Assembly: GCF_009834535.1 (NCBI RefSeq) | Contig: NC_045697.1 | Coordinates: forward strand, 47,556,001-47,620,000 | Direction: 5' to 3' | Source of the DNA: Camelus ferus | Lineage: Eukaryota | Length of the DNA stretch: 64,000 nucleotides | In this document: one piece after another, positions 25,520 through 37,249 of the stretch | Position numbering within the stretch: the first letter of the stretch is position 1 | Layout: each line of letters opens with the position of its first letter | The notes under the pieces: generated by a model | The model's database searches: none | What the model was told of the DNA's origin: nothing | What the model saw: the letters and a program-made list of their open reading frames with translations, nothing else | Program-made: the position numbers and the translations under genes

Positions 25520-28382
25520 CTGGAAGAAAGAGAAAGCAGAGGGCACAATCAGGAAAGCCACCATTCAACAACTGCAGTAGCTCCATCTCTCCCGTGGACA
25601 CTCCCGCATGGGCGTAAGTTCTGCACATTTGCTCAGTTTTCCCAAGGCCAGGGCACACATCTCACATACTTCTCCCTCAAGGACATGTCCTACACAGTAG
25701 GCGTCTGTAGAACCCAGATTAAGTAAGGCATAAATGCTGCAAAACAAAAATAATCCTTTGCAGAATCATCCATTTCTTTCTTCCCATGTTCCCATTCTTG
25801 GAGAATGTCAAATAAAGAACAGGAAGCCATAAAACAGGTCTCTTTCCCTCAAGAGAGCCCCCCCCCACCCTCACGGTTGATGCGCTGCTGATCAGGCTGC
25901 TCAGGTTAAAGAGAAAGGTGATAGAAGCCCTATTTATTGATTCCACAAAGGTTTATATGGTGCCCACTCTCTGATGGAGACCGGACATACACAGGTGAGA
26001 ACTGTCGAACATTTTGAGCTTCTCAAATTAGCTGCATCCACAGACACACAAGCAAGAGTAACAAACTACCTTTCCAATGGCAACTGTCTCCTGATCTGTT
26101 GGCTTCACCACACTTGAATAATCATAACACCTACCATTTGAAATAGCCAGTCATTCACCTCCATTCATTCATTCCTTCATATGTTACTGAGCCTCAGGTA
26201 GGTCTAGGTGCTGGGGAAACAACCATGAGCAAGACAATGACCTGGTTCGTACCCATGTGGATGACCCCATGCATTTCAGGCCACCTTCTGTCCAATGCAC
26301 AAGCTCCACTGACCACAGAGGCACCACTCTCAGCCTCCTCTTCCCTTCCTCTGACCCTTCCATCAAATACCCAGAGGACTTAGAGACCAGCAGCTTAGAA
26401 GAACCAGATGGGATTTTCCATCACTGAGGTCTCCATTTCCACCAACCCTCCACAGAAACATAAATTTCAACCTGGGATTTATGTGGGGCTGACATAAGCT
26501 AGGATGTCCTGCTCCAGCAGTACTGGTTGTTGAAGTACTGGTTAAACTCCTGGTATACAGCTGGTGTCTGACTGCTGTCCTAAACTCTCTGGTGCTCCCT
26601 GCAGCCCTGGCTGCACCCTAGTACCCTGCCTCATCCATAACCCAGCACCTAAAGGTTTAACACCTGTACTAGGAAGCCTCCAGGACCCTGCTCCTGAGCT
26701 AAGGCCAGTACCCACTTGGATCGGGCCTCACTGTAGTACACCCTACCTTACTGGTTGCTGAATATTTTGATCATCATCCCAGGATACGCCGTAGAGCTCT
26801 GTATCTGTTTCACAATACTTATTCCTCTATGAAAAACAGAATCAGAGCTCCAAGTTCTAAAATAATTCCCCCTCCTTTCCTTTTTTTTTTTTTTTTAGAT
26901 TGCCTTGTTAACAGCTCTGTTCGTACAAGTCACAGGAATTTTTTCCCAAGTATTTTCAGAATCACTGAGAAAACACTTCCTCTCTTTAAGAAACAAAATA
27001 GAATAGGTGAACAAATATTATTATAAAAGAAGGGTACACATTATCTCATTATTTAAAGCAAGTTTAACACAAAATGAAACAGCATGTACTAGAAAGTCAG
27101 GTGGCAATATTTCAAAAAACAGCTAAATTATATTGTCAACACAGGGCTTTCCAGCATGATTTGGGGAAGCAACATACTTCTACATACTTCAATATATTTA
27201 TGATAATACCAATATGTTCCTATTAGACTTTACAAGACTGTTAAAATCCCTAGCTCTTCCTGTTACACCTCCCTGATAAATAGGAAATCAAAGCGTAGCA
27301 CTGTGGAATTGAAAGCCGGGAGAAGATGAATAAATGCATTATGGGCACACAACTTACTTTATTTCATTCCATTTGGTCACAGAATCGATGTGATAACCTG
27401 ACTCAGTGTGAATAAAGGTTATTATTGAATTACAGAAAACAAGAAAGCAATGAGGACAAATGAGTTGAAAGGTTGTTTGGCCAAGAATTCCAGGAGAAAG
27501 TCCCTTTGCCACCCACTAGATTTTAGAAATGAGCCTCACTGAACATCTCCATGGCAGATTTCAGAATGGCCTTCATTGGAAATGTGTAAAAACCAAGTAG
27601 ATAATGAGCTGGCTAGGGGCCGTGTGGCACAGAGGAAAAGGATATGTTGGGTGGCCATCCTCTCTAAGCACTTTTTTCTCTGTAATTCTCTATGTCTGTA
27701 ACTACAGGCATCTGCATCTTTAAAACACACACATGAAACTTCCAATTCTGTGCTGATTTGTCTACACTATTTCAGTGACTTTTATGAGGGTCTGTCATTC
27801 TATGGAAGCTGATTTCACAGCAGAAGTTCTGGTTTGAAGTCTAAGATCCTTCAAGGAAGACTAACTCCATTACAGGGCATATATGGAAGAGATATGAAAT
27901 AAAAAGTCCTATGAATAATTTCTCCACGTAATACTATGTTTTTAGAGAGTGGTTTTCCAGTTGATGGCTGAGTATATTTCTGAAAAAGCATAACTGAGCT
28001 GCTTAAGCACTAAAAGTGCCAGCACTAAAAGTGTCCTTAGATGGTTGTAAATTCCAGTCAACCTGACTCCAGTAAAAATTGTACCTAAAACAATTAAAAC
28101 AGATCATTTTTTTGTTCATTCTATTTTCTATTTAAATTTCAGGTGATGAACACTACTACTTCTTTTTTCTTTTTAATAACACAAAAAGTGGGCCAGCATC
28201 CCTATCTCCATATCATGTAAAAATTCCTGGCTTTTCATGTCAAAACAATTTTTGAGGTAGACGTCTCCTGAATTACGATGTAAACATCAAAATCCTCTAG
28301 GATATGCAGTAGGGATAGTGTGATAAAGGATGAGCACTGAAATGAATGAAATTAAATAAAATCACTCCCCTCCTTTTGCTCA

Positions 28383-28556
28383 CCCTTCTTTTCCTTCTTT
28401 TCTTTTCTCTCTCTCTTTTCTTTTCTTTTCTTTTCTTTTCTTTTCTTTCCTTTTCTTTTCTTTTCTTTTCTTTTCTTTTCTTTTCTTTTCTTTTCTTTTC
28501 TTTTCTTTTCTTTTCTTTTCTTTTCTTTTCTTTTCTCCTCTCTCTCTCTCTCTCCC
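28383..28556. repeat. (TTTTC)n microsatellite within a pure polypyrimidine tract
   Basis: About 24 TTTTC units at 28416-28535 with one TTTCC interruption, flanked by (CT)n. Confidence 0.97.
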
Positions 28557-28829
28557 GGCCCTCTCCCTCTCCCCCTTCTCTTTCTCTTTTTTTAATGAAA
28601 ATGATTTAATTTACCTCCCCACCTGCTACTAGATTGGGAAGCCTTTAAGAGTAAAAAATCTCATCTTCTCCATCTCTGTGATTCCCACAGTATCTGTCAT
28701 AGTCCCTGTCCCTGGCATGTCACATGTTCCCAATAAATGAGTTTCTGCTAACTGAATGGGTGGGGGGGCAGGTAGGAGGGTCAGTGGGTGGGTGGGTGGG
28801 TGGGTGGAAACACTGACAGCACACTTCTA

Positions 28830-30015
28830 GGTCTCCTTTCTCTTTGATCATTTCTTTTCAGCCCTTCTCTGTTCACGTCATGAATGGAGGAGCTTCCCCA
28901 AATTGTACCCTCTGCTCTTGCTCTTCTCACGCTTGAGCAAACTTAGTCATAGCATTAATGATGACCTCCATGCAGGTGAGTCTACAGCTCTGACTTTTAC
29001 CCTGAATTCTAATCACACAAACCTAACCGCCTTGGGGATATCTCTACTTGGTGTTTCGTTGGTATCTCATATTCCTAATTCTGCCAATACCACCATTATC
29101 CACTCCCAAGCTCAGCTCCTGCCTACTTACTGTAAATTATGACATCACATTCCTTCCGTCCAAACTGTACTCAATGTCCACCCCCAACCTCGCATCCTAC
29201 CGCCAACCTGGTCCTTCTTTTGTAGTCCCTGGCTCACCTGTTACCTCACCATTCACCAAGTCACTCATGGCAAAAACCCTAGACTTTCACTTTTCCATCA
29301 CCACAACACATCTAAGATATGCTGATTTTTACTTCTTAAATCTCTGTCAAATCTATCTCAATTTAATTGTCCCTGTGATCTTTCATGCAGACCTTTGACA
29401 TCACCCATGATGTGGGTTAGTGCAGCAGCTTCCTGGCCAGCCCCACTCCGTTTCTCCCCACTTACCTGCCACACAACCACCAGATAGATTGCTACAAAAT
29501 GCAAACTGACCAACTTCTTCTTCTACTTAAAATCTTTTAATGGTTCTCCAAAACCAATAATGTCAACTTGAAACTCCTTAGCACAGTGCACACCAGCACT
29601 TCATGACATGAATCACCCCCACGTCTCAAGTATCACTCTCTACAATTCACTGCTTTGGACTTTATACCACAGGAATACCAAATGCATGGTACTTCTCCAA
29701 ACATGCCATGCCTTTGCACTTGCTGCTTCCCTGTCCCAGAATGCCCGTTTCCACCTTCTTGCTTGGTGAGCTCCCACTGACCTTCAACAGCATGATGGTG
29801 TAGCTTTCCCCCTACACATTTCTCCGCATACCCTCTACCCAGACAGTCAGTCTCCTTTGCACTCTTCCTGAATCTTGTGTCTACTGTCATTACAACATGC
29901 ATCATGTTCTTTTAATCACTTGTTCAGATGTCAGCCTCCCCTACATCATCACGCTTTCCTGAAGGCATGGTCTATATCTTTTTCATCTTTCTATTCCCAA
30001 AGCCTAGCACACCCA
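28830..30015 (+). mobile_element. L2 LINE, long decayed fragment
   Basis: L2-like motifs atgacctccatgc, tccaaactgtactc, aaaaccctagact, cttaaaatcttttaatggttctcc; terminus tattcccaaagcctagcacac. Confidence 0.65.
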
Positions 30016-30397
30016 TGCTATCAAAGCAAGAAGGGGAAAGTGAAGAAGACTGAACATTTCCAGAAGGCATGCATTCGTACAACTTATGTCAGCACTCTAG
30101 GGACTACATTAAGGAGTGTTGCCTAATAGAGATGCCACGTATTTCATTCAATTAATGCAAGGGAATCCCAACTTCATAAATAGTAACGTACTCAAACAGA
30201 GGATGCCGACTCCTGCCCATTTATTTCTTTAATTAAAATTCTGTGCCTTTAGGCCTTTGGTGAATTTTAGGAACAACTACATAGATCAAAATACCACAAT
30301 ATACTTTATTTCTTCCTATTCACCTAAAGCAAGTTCATTAATTAACCGAATTTCTCATTTAAAAAAGTGAATTTCTCATTTAAAAAAGAAACTCATT

Positions 30398-31805
30398 TTG
30401 GTCCAAGATGGCAACATAGGAGGCTCCTGAGTTCACTTTGTCCCACAGTCACACCAAATCTACAGCTATACATGGTACAATTCCCTCTGAAAGGAATCCA
30501 GAAATTGGCTGAGTGACTCCTACAGGTTAAGTAAGTTTGAAGAAAAAGAAGAAAAAAAAAAAAACATCAAAATGGACAGGAAAGGCTGAGACACAGTCTT
30601 GCCACAAACCCTACCCCTGGAACAGCAACATACTGTCAGGTGGGAACTCACAACGCCCAGCTTCTCCCCGAGGAGTGAAGGATTTGAATCTAACATCTAG
30701 AACCCTAAATTTAGGACTTCTGTCTTGGAAATGGGCCCCCAAAACTCCAAGCCAATGAAGCAAAAATTCAAAGCCAGTGGGGCTTGACTCCAGAAGGCCT
30801 GTAAGACTAGAGCATACAAAGACATAGCTCTTCACAGGCTCTCTAAGATTTGTGGTGGTTATCGCCCAGGGCTCGGCGCAGGCGCATCGGCCAGAAACGC
30901 CCATCTCCCAGTCTTCTCCTGAAAGAAACATATTTGCCTATATGAAAAGCTGCAGCCTGAGGGTCAGGCTTCTGCTTTTACACACACGTAGAGGCTGAGT
31001 GCCTGCTAGCCTTTTCTGAGACCTGGGAGGTGGGAGGATACCGTCTGGTGCCCTGGCTTTTACAGCTGCTGCCCAGAGGACACACCCCTAGATGACTATG
31101 GTGATTAAGCAGGGTTTGAGTCTGTGGGTTCTGTGGGATTGTAGCAAACAGAGGAACAGTTCTTAACCAGCTGTCACCCCAGGGCTCAGCGCAGAGGGCG
31201 TGGACAGGAACACCCATCTCCCAGTCTTTCTCTGAAAGAGGTTCACTTGCACACTTTAGGAGCTGCTGCCTGAGGGTCTGGCTCCAATCAGCCAACATCT
31301 AGGTGCTGACTAAGATCCTCCCCTTTGGGATGGGGTGTTGGCACACCCTCAACTACTGGGAGCCACTGAGAACAAAGGATGTGGCTTGGATAATCACAAA
31401 TGTTGGAGAGACAACCAAGAGCAAGAGCTGGGCTGAATGATGACGTTCCGACAACAGATGGGTGATTGCTGGGGGGTGGGTAGGAATAAGAGGAGGGGAA
31501 ATGAGTTAAGGTGGTCAAAATGCACAAAATTCTAGTTATGAGATAAGTTTGGGGGGAATGTAATATACAGCATGGTGACCATAGCCAACAATACTGTACT
31601 GTTTATTTGAAAGTTGCTAAGAGAGTACATCTTAAAAGTTCTCAACACAGGAAAAAAATTGCAACTCTGTGAGGTGAAGGATGTCAACTAAACTTAATGT
31701 GGGAATCATTTTGCAACATAAATATATCAAATCATTATGTTGTATGCCTTAAACTAATACAATGTGATATGTCAATTATATCTCAATAAAACTGGAAAAA
31801 AGATA
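30398..31805 (+). mobile_element. ORF-less LINE-1 derivative: L1 5'UTR joined directly to an L1MA-type 3'UTR
   Basis: Starts with ccaagatggc (YY1-type L1 5' motif) and a GC-richer 5'UTR with an internal repeat. From about 31452 it is an L1MA-like 3'UTR (gtaatatacagcatggtgac...gaaagttgctaagagagta...tatatctcaataaaactgg). Confidence 0.75.
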
Positions 31806-32671
31806 ATAAACCTGTATTGATTTTGTGCAATTTTGCCCTATGAAGTAAGACCCGCCTAAAGAGGCAATACTATCTTCAACAGAAAAAGAAGGCTTGGAAA
31901 AATTTAGTTGCAAAAATTTCCCTGATGTTTCCCTGACCAAAGAAAGTTCTGTGACATTCTAAGTACAATGAAAAGGCAGCGATGCAGGGATGGGGGTGAC
32001 TGGGATGTTTATTGCCTCTGCATTCTTGCTTGAACCACAGTGTTTCTACTGACATAATACATTAGAAGATACGTAGGTAACATTCATTATTGCACAACAG
32101 AGTTCATTTTAAAAATAAAACTTGTACTTTCCTCAAAATTATATTATCTTGAACTCTCTTGCTGAACTTTGTGGGAATTGAAAAAAAAAATCCATCATTA
32201 ATTTGCCAGAGAATCGGGGCAATTACAAGGCTAATCTAGTCATCCTGACCATGTTCATAGCCCATCCTGCTCTACCACTGCCAAACTGTTGATTGAGCTG
32301 GATTGAGCAATGGTGATTGAGCTGGAGCATTAATTGAGATGGCCTGGCCTGAAATTAAATTGTTAAGTTCCAGTGTGAAATGCAGAAGAAGAGATCTAGG
32401 CTCGGAAAGAAGGAAACATTTCCTGAGCAACTATGTTCTCTATTAGAGCCTGGATCCCCCATTGCTATGTTATTCTTAAGTTAGTTCTTTCTAAGCCTCA
32501 CTTTTTTCATCTATAAAATGGGAGTAAATATAAACTCACAGAATTTCCAATAAAATTGAGTTGTAAAAAATTTATAAACTATAAAGTGATTTATATGTTT
32601 TTATGTAAATAATTATAAGAATCTATGCTAAAAGATTAAAAGAGGTAATCTCAAGATAGAAGAGTTGTAAG

Positions 32672-32850
32672 TAGGATTTACATTTTTAAAATAAAGGATA
32701 AGTTAAGTTTAGTTTGAAATAAACAATAAAAAATATTTTAGAATATCTCAGGTAACATGTGGGACATACTAGACATTTCTTTTTTTTATTTGCTAAATAT
32801 TTTTATTTCCTAATCCTATATTTTTATTTGTTAAATCTGGGTAAACCTAG
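32672..32850. mobile_element. MER53-like palindromic hAT MITE, decayed
   Basis: Central tgggacatact and terminal tttttatttgttaaatctgggtaaacctag; related to 40714-40846. Confidence 0.5.
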
Positions 32851-33004
32851 TAATAGATGTTTTTGTTTTCTTTATCTGGATTTTTTTAAGTTTCTGTAAT
32901 ATGTAAAATGCACGCAGTGAGAAGAAATAAAAATTGGGATTTTTTTTTAACTGTTAGAAACAAGTATGCAGGTGATAAAATGCCGTATTTGTCCTTCTTT
33001 GATT

Positions 33005-33165
33005 AGAGGCTTTGCTTACTCAAACCAAGGTCTGTGGACCAGGAACGTCAGCCTCACCTGGAACGTGTTAAAATACAGATGCTCAGACCCCACCCCAGAC
33101 TATTCATCTGAATCCATATTTTAACAAGATTCCCAGGAGATTCCTATGAGAAGTTCCACTCTAGA
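33005..33165. mobile_element. MER5A-like hAT-Charlie MITE
   Basis: tcagcctcacctggaac...cagatgctcagaccccaccccagact...tgaatc...ttttaacaagattcccaggagattc. Confidence 0.75.
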
Positions 33166-33748
33166 GCAACCTCAACTAAAAGCTGGGTTTTCAAAATAGT
33201 TGAATCCTTTAAAAAAGAAATCTTCAATAAGAGTGGAAGGAGACTCTGAGACTGAGTTGAGCAATCTGACATGATCCAAGGACCACCCATGGGAGAGAGG
33301 AGGGGCCTCCTACTGACCAGAGCCCCGGATCCTTCCTACCGTCCATCCACCCATCCACATGGGCTGCACAGTCACTATATGACTTCAGGAGGCACCAGTC
33401 ACATAAACTACTGTGAGAACAGTGCCCCTGGTATTGGGTATTTCTTGGGTTTTCCATTTGTTTTAGAAAGTAGAATCTATCAATGCTAGTGAACAATTAG
33501 TTAAACTGGTGAGATAAACGCTGAATAAAATCACTAAAATCCTTCTTTTAGCTAATACTCAAGATTGATATTTAATAAACGGGCACAATTTTGGTTGATT
33601 ACTGACAATGCCTTCAAATGATCTCTTACAATTAGTAACAGATTTTATTTTGTACCAGCAATTCTGGTCACACTTTGAAAACACAGAGGCCATGTGAAAA
33701 AGAAGCATCATGTTAGAGTCCCACCTTCTGAAGTAACCAAGTTCATTT

Positions 33749-33888
33749 TTGGGGGGAGGGAGAAGTAATTAGGTTTTATTTATTTATTAATTTTGCTTTT
33801 TTTTTTTAATGGAGGTACTAGAGAGTGAACTCAGGACCTCATGCATGTCTAAGCATGCACTCTACCACTGAGCTACACCCTCCCCCTC
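33749..33888 (-). mobile_element. tRNA-Ala-derived SINE (camelid Vic-1 type)
   Basis: Minus-strand head GGGTGTAGCTCAGTGGTAGAGTGCATGCTTAG..CATGCATGAGGTCCTGAGTTCA..AGTACCTCCA with A/B boxes and an A-rich tail with CCTAATTAC. 12-bp TSD ccaagttcattt at 33737-33748 and 33889-33900. Confidence 0.88.
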
Positions 33889-34627
33889 CCAAGTTCATTT
33901 CTGAGAATGAGTCAAAAATACAGGACAAACACACGCAGGTTTCCGTACCCTTCCCACCAAAGCACTTTTGCTTTGGAGCCCACCTCAGCTAGCCTCTGCC
34001 TTCCTCATTCCCTGGCTGTGGGCTTCACAGTACAGACCACGAGCCAAGTGTATATATACCATGGGCTTTGTTGCTGGTGTTGTTATTCATTTATTTACTC
34101 ATTGTCTGTCTCTCTCACCAGCATATAAGTTCCAGAAGAGCAGGAATTTCCTCTGACTCATTCACACGTGCACCCCAAGTGCCTAGACAATGCCTGGTAC
34201 CCACAAAACATTCAATAAACATTTATAGAAGGAATGAATCAAGACAGATCGTTCTCTGGCTAATAATAAACAATATCTCTTTGGTCACTGTTTGTTAATG
34301 TTATATTTTTTGTCTTTCCATCACAGACTTGGATCTTAGTCAGATATCTTGAGTAAATTTGCTTCATCTTCCACAAGATCCTTCCTGGATTGTCATAGAG
34401 CTCTAGAGTAGAAACTTTTATAATAACTTCTGACAATATTCAGACTCCAAGTAAATTGCTTCTCCCTCTAATGCATCCGCCTCTCACTTTCATTAGCCGC
34501 AGTCATATTCTAATCACTCTGTGCTGCAGTCTCAGAGAGGAAGAGGGAGAGTTCCAGAAAACAGTTGCTTTTTCCTTCTTTATGAAAAGCTGAGCGATCA
34601 AAAGGGCTGTAAAATCAACTCTCAGTG

Positions 34628-34630
34628 GCG

Positions 34631-34667
<37 letters not shown>
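34628..34667. repeat. (CG)/(CA)14 alternating purine-pyrimidine microsatellite
   Basis: gcgcacgcgcg followed by (ca)14. Confidence 0.95.
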
Positions 34668-34669
<2 letters not shown>

Positions 34670-37072
34670 AACTCTAACCTTTCAAAATGTTCTTTGAAGA
34701 GGCAAGGGTGTTTCCTGGAATGTGAGGAGGGGAGCCCAGTGCAATCTCACAGGGCTCCCAGGCCTGATTTCAGAGACAACGCTTCAGCAGAATCGAAAAT
34801 GAACAGATTGTGGGGAGGCAGAAAGGTTTCCTGAGATACGGGATGAGTGACAGGGAATACATCAATCAACACACTTACTACTCAGGTAAGGTTGGAAACA
34901 ATCGGTGGTTACGCTCAGTTTCCCAGTGGAATCTTGGGCAACTCAATTAACCTCCCTCTCCCACATTCTCATCACTTATAAATTGAGTACAACAATCTGC
35001 CTAGCAGAGATTGTGTGGGATTTGGTAATAAATATGAGTAGAGGGCTATATGTGTGATACCTAATAATATTATGTTAATTAGCCTAAAATCACGGGGCTA
35101 CACGGGGCCTCAAGAGGTCAGTCTAGCCCTTTCACACGGGACCACAACTAAACCATTCCAGAGGGATTAGATTCTAATCCTTTTTAAGAGGTGTCTATAT
35201 AAAGGGATTCCCAGAAAACTACCCCCTTTGTCAAAGATGCTTTCTTAAATTTAAGATGTCTCAATCCTGCAGCGTTGGTATGCTGTGCTTTTGCCCCTTC
35301 AGTGACCATATGATAGCAGCATCCTGGTGTAGAGAGAGCATGGATGCTGGAGTCAGGCTGACTCAAGTCCCCACTGGACTCTACTCTGTGCTGGCTACAT
35401 GGCATTGAGCAAGTTACAGCCTTAACTTCCTCCAGCCTCAGTTTCTTCTCCTCTAAAACGGTTGTCCCACTAGGAAAAAAAATAATAAATAAAATAAAAT
35501 AGTTGTCCTATTGACCCTGTCAGGTTGGTATCAGGACCAAGTGAAAAGAACAAGCCGCTTCTCACAATGTCTGTATTACCATGTGAACCGAATCAACAGG
35601 AACATCATTTTCTGGCTGAACGACCCTGGTTACTCTAATTTTTATTAACAATTTAACTTTCAAAATGTTAAGCATTTTTGTATCTCTTTTCTGATCCTTC
35701 TCCAAATTCCCTATTTTTTATTTTTAATATAATGATCAAAATCATAGGAAAAGGCTAACTACGCTGAATAGCCTGGGAAGATTTCTTCTTTACTTCTCCT
35801 GGGATCAGAAGGGAAGGCTGTGTGATAAGCCTTGGGAAGGCACTGGGACTCTTAGTGACGAAGATTCTTAGTGATGAAGACTTGGGAAGGCACTGTCACT
35901 CTTAGTGACAAGTGGTAGTGGAAACAGAGCCACAGGAGTTGAAGGGACCACAGAGAGTTTGGGCGATGCACAATGGGTAGAAACCAGCATGTCTGGAAAG
36001 AACAGACCCTTCTTCAATTTTAGGCACCAGGCAAACCCCTGTAGCCTAGTGCCTCCCAGGGAGCAGGCGGTTACCCCTATAATATTCCTGAACACCCGAG
36101 TATATGGCCTGAGATTTATACCAGTTGATCATGGGGGCTTTACAATTGACCAAGCACTTATACGCTCTGCATTTCCTTTGATCCTGGCAAAAAGCTTGTG
36201 TGAAAAATAATTATCCCTCTTCTAACGCTGTGAATACAAAGGCTCAGAGAGCTTACGTGTCTGGCCTGGGGTCTCGGTATTCCAATTCTGCATACTTTCT
36301 ACTGTGCCATAAACTCCTGTGTCCAAAATCTTTTCATCTAACCTTGAAATCCAGCATTTCCACGTGAGGGTATATTCCAATGTAAAATTGAAGCCACTTC
36401 AATAAGTGGGCTTGTAAAATACAAAACTGAATCTGCAGGATGCTTACAGTTAGGTTGCAAAAATAAAAACTCAAAGCTATGCACAGGGAAAAAGACTTGG
36501 CTATAGTACAGAAAAATGGTAAAGGCCATTGGGTTTAGGTGGTAGATGGTGAGTATATATCTCCTGTTCATCTTCTCAACCACCTACAGATGACCAGGCT
36601 ACTGAGTCAAATTATTCAGGAGAGCATCAATTCTCTGTAGATGATATGCCAAGACAATGGGGGGAATCACTTTTAAATTTTGACAGAAGTCCAGATTTTG
36701 CCCTGAAGGGACCAATTCATATTCAGAGCAGCAAATTAGAACAAATAAATGGAATTCTACAGCGAGCTCTAGGTCTGTCTCAGCTACTTACACTGTCTCT
36801 GAAAGAATCCCTCCCTGGAATTTCTGAGTGTGACTCTGGGGACAGAGGGGTAAGAGCTGTTCACTCTTTAAGATCATCCATTACTCACAAAGGGAAGGAG
36901 GCCATCAGTGGGGCCACGCTTTCGCATGCCGGTCTTGGGTTCCATCCATAAGCATCCAGGAACCATTGTAACAGGAAAACTAAGATCTCCTGGCTTTGGC
37001 CCCACCTCACAGGATCTCTTAAGAGGTGAGCCCAGAAGCTACCCAACATGTCCTCAAATCGGGCTTACTCAC

Positions 37073-37249
37073 CTTCACACAGCCCCGTGTTCTCCAAGTG
37101 AAAATGGGCTCTGCACTGGGGCAGGCACTCGCCAGAGGTGATGTTTGCCCCAGACAGCTGCTCAGCTTGCAGTCCTTCCTCTGGCTTCTTGCACTGGGTG
37201 CACTGAGAGGGCTGCGGACCCACACAAGTCAGGCAAGAGAAATGACAGG
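37073..37249 (-). CDS. FRAS1: FRAS1 internal coding exon (~exon 18), furin-like repeat with loop insertion
   Basis: Acceptor ttattcctattggcag|CC, donor G|gtgagt; 177 bp. Encodes CHFSCLTCVGPQPSQCTQCKKPEEGLQAEQLSGANITSGECLPQCRAHFHLENTGLCE; CKKPEEGLQ is characteristic of FRAS1. Confidence 0.96.

Noticed and set aside
28346..28609. Hydrophobic Phe/Ser/Leu-rich 'membrane protein' ORF
   Set aside because: Translation of the (TTTTC)n microsatellite.
33810..33885. Functional tRNA-Ala gene (also 49677-49752)
   Set aside because: Insertions and mismatches in the anticodon and T arms, a SINE tail and flanking TSDs identify these as SINEs.
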